A DNA stretch of 64,000 bases. It comes from Lama guanicoe (lineage: Eukaryota). Positions 1 to 12,000 of the stretch are shown piece after piece. Made by a program: the position numbers and the translations under genes. The notes under the pieces are model-generated. The model did no database searches and was not told the DNA's origin. It worked only from the letters and a program-made list of their open reading frames with translations. The DNA is taken from assembly GCA_013239625.1 (NCBI GenBank), contig MU054338.1, forward strand, positions 4,489,371-4,553,370, in the 5' to 3' direction. Each line of letters starts with the position of its first letter. Position 1 is the stretch's first letter.

Positions 1-27
1 GCTGAGGCCGATCAGAACTGGTGGGAG
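1..27 (+). CDS. VAV1: VAV1 exon (partial), N-terminal SH3
   Basis: Encodes AEADQNWWE, followed by donor gtacag. Confidence 0.9.
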
Positions 28-3000
28 GTACAGGCTGGGGCCATGGGAGGGATGCAGAAGGACCCGAGTGTGGGGTCAGGGTCTAAGTGACCTTGGGAAG
101 TGGGATCATGGCCCCCTGGACTCTGGCAGTGGAAGGTTGCTCTGGGAGGGTGACATTGATGGGGCTTTCTGTGGGCCTGGTCCTCATGAGCTGGTGGTCT
201 TCCCAGGAAGTTGACACTTGCTGGCACCTCTCTGGGTCATCCTGGCCACAGAGAGACAGATCAAGCAGAGTGGCCATTGGGTGAAAGATGGGCAGACACA
301 CACACACACACACACATCACAGATGCCTGTAACCTCTCTGTGCATCTTTCCCTCCCATCTTTTTAGGGCAGGAATACGTCGACCAACGATGTTGGCTGGT
401 TTCCCTGTAACAGAGTCAAGCCCTACGTGCATGTGAGTGCTTCAGGTCTGGACGGAGCGAGGGCGGGGGTGTCCAGAGAGGGTCCATAGGGTGGACAGCC
501 CCGGGGAGAGGCTCACCTGTGCGCTTACCTGTGTGTCTGTGTATCCACTGATCAATCGTCTGTGTATCTAACTAGGTAGCTCTGTATTATCTATCTATCT
601 CCAGAAATGTTCCTGGATTTTTATTTTAAAATTGTCTCAGCCTTGGCCAGTGCGAGCCCCTACAGGCTGGCTTTTCTGCCCTTTCGTTGTGTCCCCATCG
701 TTCTCCGAGCCCTTCCTTACTTTCCAGCACGATACCAGACTTATCTAGTGCTTTTTCTGCCGCAGTCTGGGAATCAACCATTTTCCCAAGAAGTCCGGGT
801 CTTTCCAGTGTGGGACATTGGCACTCGAGCACTGGGCACCTCTCCAATTCTGCCTCCTAATGTAACTACCTCTTTCAAGCTGTACTCATCTCTGCCTCCT
901 TTTCTCCCACTACAATGAAGGCGCTGAGAAAAGATAGGGGGAAAAAAAAGACAATTCTCCTTTCTGTTTGAGGCTTCGCACCCGCCCAGCACCACCCATC
1001 TGACAAAATAACTACTATTATTCATTTCTTACACGTCTCTCTGGAGTTTATTAAGGCAGATGCAAGTAGAGATATGGGTTCTCATTTGCCCCATGGTTTA
1101 TTCAGAAGGTTCAATATTCACTATTTTGCAGCTGGTCCCCCTCCCCAATATATGTTGGGATCTTTGCATATCCCTGTATATAGAACATTTAATTATTTCC
1201 CCCCCTTTAAAAAACAGAGGTAAAATTTGCATGACATAAAATGCACAATTTTAACGTGTACGATTCAGGGGTACCTTAGTACATTTTGCAATGATTCCAT
1301 TGATATGAAATATCTAAAGTAGGTACATCCACAGGGACAGAAAACAAATTGATGGCATCCAGGTGCCGGAAGTGAAGGGCACAGAGAATAACTGCTTAAT
1401 GGGTAATGGGTATGCGTTTCCTTTTGGGGTGATGTTTTGGGACTAGTTCGAGGTGATGGTTCCTCATTCCTCTCATTATTTTTTAAAATTATGGTGAAAT
1501 ATCTGTAACTTAAAATTTACCATTTTTTAAGTGTACAGTTGAGTGTTACTGATTTCCTCTACCTTGTTGTGCAACCATCACCACCACCTACCTCCAGGAC
1601 TCTTCATCTTGTAGAAGTGACGTTCTGTACCTGTGAAACACCGACTCCCCATTCCTGCAACTCGCCAGGCCCTGGCGACCACCATTCAGCTGCCTGTCTC
1701 TATGAGTCTGACTGCTCTAGGGACCTCACATAAGTGGGGTCAGACCGCCTTCGCCCCTCTGTGTCTGGCTTATTTGACTGAGTATCGTGTCCTCAGTGTT
1801 CACTCAAGTTGGAGCGTGTGTCCGAAATTCCTTCTTTGTTAAGGCTGAATAAGCTGCCCACTGTGTGTGTGTACTCCATTTTGTTTATCTGTTTATCTGT
1901 TGATGGACGTTTGGGTTGCTTCCACCTTTTGTCTATTGTGCTTAGAGCCATTATGAACACTGAAGTATAAATATCTCCCTGAGTCCCTTGTTTTCTCTCC
2001 AATTCATTTGGGTCTATTTCCAGGAGAAGAACTGTTGGGTTATTTGGTAATTCTATTTTTATTTTTCTGTGGAGCTGTCATCTGTTCTCCGAAGTGGCTG
2101 TACCATTTTACATGCCTGCCAGTGATGTCGGAGTGCCAGTGATGAAACTCTTATTAGAGTTTCTGTTTCTCTATATTCTTACCAACAGCTGTTATTGTCT
2201 GTCTGTCTGTTTGTTTGACAACGTTGTTTTTTTTAAACAGTAGCCATCCTGATGGGTGCGAAGTGATGGAAATGAGCACTTTTACATTTATTTGGATCAG
2301 GGATTGGCAAAGTTTTTCTGTAAATAGACAGATCGTAAATAGTTTCAGCTTCAGGGGATCAGAGACTCCCTTTTGTGGCTACTCAGCTCTGCTGCAGCAA
2401 AGCAAAAACAGACACAAGTGACCTGTAAATGGGCGGGCATGGCCACGTTCCAGCAAAACGGAGCTTACAGACCTGACGTGTGAATTTCATGTCACCTCCT
2501 CCTGCCAGGAAGTCTTCTTCTCGTGATTTTTTGCAACCACTTCAAAATGTAAAAAGCATTCTTAGCTTGAGCATCGTGCTAAAGCAGGCTGTCAGGGCAG
2601 CCCCTGACTCGCTTGGTACTGCGTCAGTCTCTCTCCCTGGATTCTGGGACTGTATTTGTAGTGAAGAGCGCAGTGCCGGGCATGTAATAGGCACCCAATA
2701 AATGACAGTGGAATGAATGAATGAATGAATGAAGTGCCCTGACGCCTGCTGCCACCCTGAGCCCTTTCCCCTAAGTCTCGGTGTCTGTGTCCCCAGGGTC
2801 CCCCTCAGGACCTGTCCGTTCATCTCTGGTGAGTAGAACCACCTTTATTCTTTTCAGCTTGGGGTGCTCTGGAGTGAATGGCTGGGCTGGGCGCTGGGAT
2901 GGGGTGGGGGCTACAAACTCATCAGTTATTCATTCTTCAAACCCTGGGCATTGACTGCTGGGTCCAGCCCTATGTCGGGGCCTGTGGAGCAGACAAAAGA

Positions 3001-6000
3001 GGGTCCCTAACTGTGGGAGATTATGATCTCACTGGAAGGAAAATGACGGTGATGATGAAAATGGGAGCTCCCGCTCCCCACCCCCCCACTTTTTGGAGAA
3101 CTTACTGCATATAGAGCAGTGGGGGGTGGAGGTTTACAGTGTTGCTTCTGAGCCCACTGACCTGGGTTCAAATCCTGACTCCAGCATGTCCCAGCTGTGT
3201 GACCTTGAGCCAGTAACTCAACTTCTCTGTGCTTCAGCTTTCATCTCTGGAAAAAGATTCCTGACAACGTCTACCTTGTAGGGCTGTTAAGAGGCTCCCA
3301 CAAGCCACTCCCTTGTGAAGTGCTTAGTTCTTCGGCACAACAAGCACTTAATTATCCGTTATTGTCAGCATTCACTGTTATGACCGCATTTCATCAATTC
3401 TAAAATGCACATTTTCCCCCTCCACATTTTACCATCTCTGGCATCAAAATAGCTCTGACACTTAGTGGAGTTTCAACCTTCTGCCTAATTTTATGGGTAG
3501 TGATTTTTATTTCGTAATAGCCCATGAAAGAACGGTGCATTTTATGACCGTTGGCATCTTAGACTTGACGTCATATGGTGGTGTCTTTATGATGTGTGTC
3601 AGCACTTTGAGGAGAACATGCAGTTCTCATAATAACGCTTTGAAGTTGGTGCTATTCTTACTCCCTTTCAGAAAAGGAGGAAACTGAGGCTCAGAGAGGG
3701 GAAGAGATTTGTTCAGTGTCACAAAGTGAGGAAGTGATGGAGGTGGGATTCGAACCTAAGTCTCCCTGACTCCATAGCCTGACCTTCCTACCCCTTGAAA
3801 ATTACAGAAACGCGATGGCTGAAAGAGCACTCCTGTGTCCCGAGTGCACGAGGCGCTTCAGCTGCGTTATTGCCGTTTGTCAGAAGTGTCTGTCTGCGGT
3901 GGGCAGTTTTATTTCCTCTTTTCAGTGGAGGAAATTGGGGCTCAGAGTAGCCAAATCAGTTCCTAAGGTCACAGAGCAACTCAGTGGCAGAGCCAGGATT
4001 TAAACCGTGGTCTCTTGAGGCTGTGCTCACTCTGCGCCGCCCAGGTAGATGTGGTCCCCAGGGCCCGAACTGGGGTGAGGAGAGGGAGACACTGATTTTG
4101 GGTGCAGAATTTAAGGGGCACCCAAAACTTAGGCATTGAGATCCCTAACATTTTAATGCAACATTTTTTAAAAAATCAAAAGCAAGGCAAAAAAAATCCA
4201 TGATAAACAAAATACCATAATTGTCAACAAAGACAGGGTGTGACAGGGCTGGGAGCAGGGAAAGGTGAATGGTGAACTAGGCACCTGCAGAGTCAGATCT
4301 TTTTGTTTTTCTTTTTTCTAATTTTTAAAATTTTAAAAATCTTTTATTTATAGAGTCAGATCTTTAAGATTTTGACATTTTGATCATCATGGATTTTTTA
4401 AAAAGCTTTAATATTTAACCTTGTTAATAGCTTTAGTTAAAAGAAAATGTATTTCCAGACATCGAGAATTTGAAAACCGTACAAATTAAAATAGTACTGA
4501 ATTCACACTCGAGTAGATAAATTGACCAGTTTTTTTTAATACCACATTTTTCATCATAGATTTTTTTTGAGTTAAGGTTTTAAACTGAGATGAAATTCAT
4601 GTAACATAAAATTAATCATTTAACGTGGCATTTATGTTAACATTTACATATAAAGTACATATTCGCGTTTGTATGTTGTCGAACTGTACGTTATGTAAGT
4701 TAATACAAACTCTGTTATATATCTACATTTTAGCATATGTCAGATTCACATCCATATATTGTCTATATTATATCTCTAATTAACATATTATTTATGTTAC
4801 CTATTCGAACACATTCATATACATTTATACGTTCTCTATATTAAATAGCACACAGTTAACATGTATTATTTGTTATGTATTTGCTTTTATAGCATGACAT
4901 ACTCATATATCATAAGTAATTCATATTTATATACCATAAATGTATTGTCTATAGTTAGTGTATATTATTTATGTCCTATATGGCATAAGTTTTATGTATA
5001 TGGTTTAAATTATATATGTATAATTTAATATACAAAAGTTTCCCTACGTTTACTGTCCTACGTTTATTATTTTTAAATATATGACATATTTACTACTTAA
5101 ATATGAATTCACGGCATTCTGGTACTTTTTTTTACCAGTCCTCTGGGGGGACCCTGTTTATTACTCCAGCGGTTTTGAGTTTGCAGTTTTTGAATTTGTT
5201 TGCAGTTTCATGATCAGTTCTTCACTTCCTGATTTTTGTAGCTGACATGAAGTTCTCTATGTGGAAAAAATAATAATAAAGGTAGTTTTACCGATAAAGA
5301 TGTGGAAAAAGGAACACATATAGAATCTACAGATATGGTTCACATTTATGGTATAAATATATCCATGTTTACATCTAAAGTCAGGGGCACTTCGTACATC
5401 ACAGTGACGTGAAGCCACCTCTTTCAAGATCCAAAACATTTCCGTCACCCCAGAAAGAAACCCCGTCTCCATGGACCGTCACCCCCAGCCCCTCCCCTAG
5501 CCTCTCCCCCAGCCCCTGACAGCCGGGACCCCGCTGTCTGTGTCTGGGGACTGGCCTGTTCTGGACGTTTCACATCCATGGACTCACACACTGTGTGTCC
5601 TTCTGTGTCTGCTTCTCTCCCTGAGCATCACGTCTTCCGTGTTCTTCCTCGTAGCGACTGTCAGAGCTTCACTCCTTTTAACAGCTGCTTTTGCGGACAT
5701 TTTGACTTTTAAAAATACTGCATTAAAATACTACTCCTTTTATTTCTTATCATTTGTCTTAATGACTATTTCAGCTTCCCTTTTACATTTTGAACCCAAA
5801 GCTAGTGTCTCACTCTCTTCACCCTGTTTCCGTCCTGGTGACCACAGAGATGGGCAGACCGTGGGCATGGAAACTCAAAAAATGCCTGTCCAGGAATTCC
5901 AAATTCCAGAGTAAAGGGAAAAAAGGCCAACAGCTGTTTTTCCGTAGTCAGACTCTCAGCAGTTCTAAAACCAAGTGTGTGGGTTCTTCTTTCCCCCACA

Positions 6001-9000
6001 CCGGGTGATCCTCCAGGCACCAGCTGGGGGTCCTGCAATTCAACTCCAGGCTGACGTTATTTGTCTGGAGTCAGCGCCAGATCCCACAGGCTAAGGGCTC
6101 AGTCCCAGAAGTCTGTCTCCCACTTCAGAGGCCAGCCATGAGCTGGGGCCTCTCATCCTTTCCAACCCACTGACTATAAATGGGGTAGGAGGGTTCCCAC
6201 AACCTTCTCCTTGGGTTCTATCATTTGCTAACAAATTCACAGAACTCGGAGAAAGAATTTACTCACTAGATTACCAATTTGTTATAAAAGGACACGACTC
6301 AGGGACAGCCAGGTGGAAGAGGTGTACAGGGCACTGTGTGGGGAAGGGGGCGGAGCTTCCACGCCCTCTCTGGGCAGTCCCCTCCGGGCACCTCCCTATG
6401 TTCATCAGCCTGGAAGCTCTCCAAAACCGGCTGCGAGAGGCATCATCACATAGGCAAAACTGATCAAATCGTTGGCAATCAGTGATTGACTCAACCTCCA
6501 GCCCCTCTTCCTTTCCTAGATGTGGGGTGGGGCTGAATGTTCTAGTCACAGGGTTGGTCCCTCTGGCCACCAGCAGCCATCCTGAGGCTACTGAGGATCC
6601 CCTAGCCCCCAGCCATTCATTAGCATACAAAAGATGCCACTTTGGAGATTCCAAAGATTTTAGGAGTTATATGCCAAGAAAGGTTGGGGGGCGCACAGAG
6701 ATCAAATATATATTACTTATTACATCTCGTGGAGACACAGTCACACCCAAAGAACTGAATTCTCTCCTGTAATCCATGTGCCAAGGCTTGGGTGTGAATT
6801 ACAGAAGTTTGATTCTACTGCCCACTTCGGGACTCTGGCCACTGCCTCCCCCAGGGTTTACCTTGGTATCTAAGGGCTGCTGGACCTAGACTATCATTAA
6901 CTCTAAAATCACAGGGATTGGGGGAAAAGCAGCCTCAATATGGCAACACAGGGGCTGTGTGAACCTCTCTCCTTGGTGTATCTTGACAGGTACGCTGGCC
7001 CCATGGAGCGTGCTGGGGCGGAAAGCATCCTTACCAACCGCTCGGACGGGACGTTCTTGGTGCGGCAGAGGGTGAAGGACGCTGCAGAATTTGCCATCAG
7101 CATTAAGTAATTCCTCCTTCCCTGACCAGTTTTCCCTTGTGACCTGGGCACTGCAGGTGCTTAGGAAGAAGGGAATGTTCAGTCATGAGAGCCACCTTTT
7201 ACTAAGGTCCTGCAGTGTCCTCAGTGCTTTTTTAAATCTTTCTTACTTCTTTTAATTGACTCACAGGAAAGAGACAAGCTTCCTAGGGAGGCTCTAAGGA
7301 GCATTTAGCACACCCTAGGAGGAGGCATGGAGTCTAAATCCAAGTCTTGCAGACCCTGGCTCTCCTGCCTCTCAGTTTCTTGGGCGCAGCTTCTTGCCCG
7401 TGGTGACATGTTTCCTTGTTGGTTTTGTAACTTTGTCTTGTGATCTTAAGTGGAGCTCTTTCTTTGGGTATCTTTGCTGCCTGGGTCTCCAGAGATTTTG
7501 CATTTGCTTCTGTTGGGACTCACCAACAAGTTAATTTCTTTTTCAGGTTAACAAATTTTAGGTTAATTCCTTAGTTTCCCAGACTACACAGGTGGTTTAA
7601 GTTTAAACCGTAGACCTATGTGAGGGCAAGACTGAGATTATGAATTCTCAAGGGTGATTTTTCTGTTTTGGGTCTGAGAGAAGCCAGCTTTCACACGGTC
7701 CCTGCTGCACTGACAGGCAGAGCTTCTCCAGACCTGCTCTTTGGCAAAGGATGTAGCTATTTGACAGCCGGGGCTTATGGGGTGTTGGGTGGGTCTCAGG
7801 GCCAATTCTCCGCCCTACAAAGATCCAGTAACTCATCGCATGTTTCTATGTGACCATCAAGACATTTGCCCCTCGGTTACCCAGATCGGCAAAGCCTGCA
7901 GAGCAGCAACCCATGCTTACCAACGAGTTTTTAGTTGCATCCTCCTTTTTGACAGCTGGGGTTTTCCCATACTTTTTTGAGAACTCAGCATTTTTTTTTC
8001 TTGGCATTTCTAGGGTTTTTTTGGAGTAGACTTTTTTGGTTACCTAGTTCTTCATTGGCAGGATCCCTTTTGCCACTTCACGTCTCTTGCGTGTCCTTAC
8101 TAGCCTGTGGGCCACCATGCTGGGGGGGAAGCGCCTCTTCCCCCACATCCTTTAGTTATTTATTCATTAAAAAATTTTTTTTAATTTATATATTTTTATT
8201 TTTTATATTTTAGTATATTATTTAATTATTTTATTTTGGTTGGGGAGAAGTAATTAGGTTTATTTAGTTTTAGAGGAAGTACCGGGGATTGAACCAAGAG
8301 CCTCCTGCATGCCGAGCATGCGCTCTGCCACTTGAGCTGCACCCTCCCCCTCCCATATCCTCTAGAGTCAGTTGGTCCTCCACATTCCTCCAAGTGGAAA
8401 TGTTGTCCTATCTGTTCTAGAACAGTGCTTTCTTTACAAGGCCTTTTTGACTTCTCAACAACCCTGGGAGTCAAGAGAAGATTGCTATCACACAGAGGAG
8501 GACATTAAGGCTGAGAGCAGCCAAGGCCCCGCGGGAGGGACCCTGTTGGGGCGGCCAGAGGCAGGCTCAGACTCGGGGCTCCAGTGGTCGCCCCCTCCCT
8601 GAAGTAGCCACGATTGCTTCTTCCGCGGTTGAGGGTGGGCAGTCTGGGGCTGAGGCTTGACAGGAGATGGGCCTGAGTTCTCAGGCTCAGGGTCCAACGA
8701 CCATCTCACTCCTTTCTCCTCCTTCCAGGTATAATGTTGAGGTCAAGCATATTAAAATCATGACAGCAGAAGGTCTGTACAGGATTACAGAGAAGAAGGC
8801 CTTCCGGGGTCTTACGGTAAGGACCGTCTGCTCCTAACCTCAGACTTCCAGAATCTAGACGGGACCCTCCCTGAAGCTTCATCTTGGGACCCCGTTTCCC
8901 CACATTCAGAACAGCCCCTCCAAGAGCACTATGGAGCAATCGTCTTTAAACTCTTTTTCCTAACAGCCATCAATGAGAATAATAATAATAAAAATAATAG

Positions 9001-12000
9001 TAGTTGAGCCTTTGCAAGCACGTACTGAGCGCCAGGTGTATTATAAATGGGATGCCAGTTAATTCCCTCAACTCACTCTCTGAGTTCCCATTTCACAGGT
9101 GGGAGAAGCTGAGACTTAGTTCTCCTCTAGTAACGCAGAATTGCAGAGACCCTATTTTTGTCAGACGTCAGGACTTAACTCTGCCTAATCTGCTCAATGG
9201 CCATTTCATGGAAAATTCAAATGCCCTTCAAGTGCTTGTGCTTCGATTTGGTGCCCTGTAATTTTGAGTTATCTGTTAGACATCTTAAGCCCGTTGGTCT
9301 AAGGTCCATGGATCTTACCCATGGTCTGTGGATCCTGGAGACAGTCTGAGTCCTCTGAAAGAAAATCCAGAATTCTGTGCATATCAGCATATTTTGTGGT
9401 AGAAGATGTCTCAGACCCTCAAATGGATCCTTGACTCCGCAAAAAGTTAGGGACTGTTAATTCATTCCACAAATGTTTTTCTCCAGCAAAATTGATTCTG
9501 AAAAATTCCCTTCCCCCATTTTTAATTTCTGAAAAGTGACTGAATATTTACTGGATTAGTGTTGTGAATATCTGTCGACCTTTCACCTGGATCTGCAATT
9601 GCTAACATCCTGCCTCTTTTGCCTTCATTCTTCCCCCCTCCCTCCCGCCACATTTATTCCACACAATTTAGGAGTAATTTGCAGGCATCAGGATCCTCCC
9701 TATAAATACTTTGCATGAGTATCCAAAGGGCCAAGACCCTCTCTTGCCTCATCGAGGTGTCACTACCACAGTCAGGAAGTTGAACATTGATACAAAGTTG
9801 TTATCTAATATTCAGCCTGTTTCCCAGGCTCCCTGATTGCCCCAACGTTGTCTTTTGTAGCGATTTTCCCCCCCAGGATTTAATCAGAGGGCTCACATAC
9901 TGCATTCATCTCCTTAGTGTCTCTTTTAATGTGCGACAGTGCCCCAGGCTTTTGTTTATTCCTTCGGCCTTTCGTGATATTGGCACCTTTGAAGTCTAGG
10001 ATATCCATAAGATGTTTTGTTTTGCCAAATAACCCTTAATTTTGACTTGCCTGACAGCTTCCTTGCCATGAGAATCAGCTTGAGCATTTATGGAAGAAAT
10101 AGTCGTGAATACAACCCAACTGGGACTTGAATTCAGACCAGTCTTATTAGAGAAGCCAGCTCTACGTTGCTGCACTCTGCTCCCCACCCCTCCACACCGT
10201 GGGTCTGAATTCCAGATCTGCCCCTTACCAGCCATGGGACCCTGGATGAGGCTTCTCTGTGTTGCAGTTTTTCCATTTATAAAATAGGGGAATCATCAAC
10301 GTATTCATCTCCCATGATTATTAGGAGATTTTGATGATGTGTGGCTGCACGCTGGCCAGCATACAGTAGGTGCTTAATAAACAGTATTTATTATTATTGC
10401 ACATTATTTGTAAAAATAAGGCTTCTTGACACCCACAGAAGGGTTGGTTTTGGTGAGCTGGTCATCAGGCAAGTTGATTACTTGGTAAATTTTTCATGAA
10501 GTGAACTGGCTATTAGGAGAACCGGCTTGAGACAGTGTGATTTCTTCCCCGTAAAATGGTCTTGGCTGACTGGGAAGGGAGTGAGCACCCCATCACGGGG
10601 AGCATTCAAGGAGTCTATTGTCAGGGAGGCCGGAAGCGGGGCCTGGCTTCAGTGAGTTCACGTGGCTCCTTACAGCTCTGCCCCCTTCCTGGGCTGGCCG
10701 TGAGAGAGCACCTGACCCACTGTCCTTCCAGGAGCTGGTGGAGTTCTACCAACAGAACTCCCTGAAGGACTGCTTCAAGTCACTGGACACCACCCTGCAG
10801 TTCCCTTTCAAGGAGCCTGAGAGGAGAGCCATTAGCAAGCCACCAGGTAGGAGGCCTCCAGCTGGGGGTCTGCAGTGCCAGCTCCTTCTCATCGTGGAGG
10901 GAAAGTCTGGGGGTTCTGTGGGCTTTTGTCCAGTGGGCATGAAGTCGTAACTGTAAAACAGTATGAACACCGTCCCTTCCTGTCTGTCCCTTTGCTCATG
11001 AGAGGTTTGCATATGCATTTGGATGGAAGGAGGGGCAGGAGTAACTTTCATATTTGGGAAGACAGCCTCACCTGCACCTTTTAAGCCTTTATTTTTGTAT
11101 CAATAGCAGACATTAATTAGTATCTATAACCTTCTCCCCTCAAAAGGCAAGACCTTTAGTGCACTCTTACTTCCCCTTTCCTTTGGATTTCTCACTCACC
11201 TGGTTTGTTGAAATTATCTGGAATGTTGACTACGGTGTGCTATAAATTAAAACAATCACAACTTATATTTTAGGAATCCTTTCTTAACCATTGCATTTCA
11301 CTTTGCAAATACAGTATCAAGAATTATTTTGACTCCATTTGTATTTCTTGTTTCCCATGTTTTTTTCTTTATTTTTGAAATTCTTTATTCTGATTCAAAT
11401 TTCATTTTGCTGGAGTGCATTCTGGAGTATGTTTTTCAGAAAAGTTCCATGGTGGGTGGACTTTTGGAATTCTCACATGTCCAAAAAATTTTTAAAGAGG
11501 GATCTAAAATTTGATTATTGTTAAAATGTTATAATTTTGGAAAAGTAACACTAACATGACATCAGGACTCAGATTAAAATTGCTCCTTTTCTCATCATCC
11601 AATTAAATAAATATTTCTGTCTGCAAGTTACTTATTAGTCCTGGTGAATATATGAATGTTCAATCTTAGCATATTTGCAGAAATACTACAAATTAACTTA
11701 ATTTTATTTTTTAATACTATGATTTATTTTATTTATTTATTATTTTTTTAAAGGAGGTATGGGAGATTGAACCCAGGACCTCATGCATGCTAAGTGTGTG
11801 CTCTACCACTTACAAATCAATTTTATATTCTACAATATCATTTCACATTGTACTTTGAAAAGTTTTCTGTGTCTTTTCTCCCTTGCTTCTTTTTCTCCCA
11901 TTCTGTTTCTTTTTCAACCCTTGGTCCTCCTTTAGATCCTTAATTTTAATAGCCTGGAATGAAAATTTCCCCATATTTCTTCTTTCCTTTTATTATAAAT

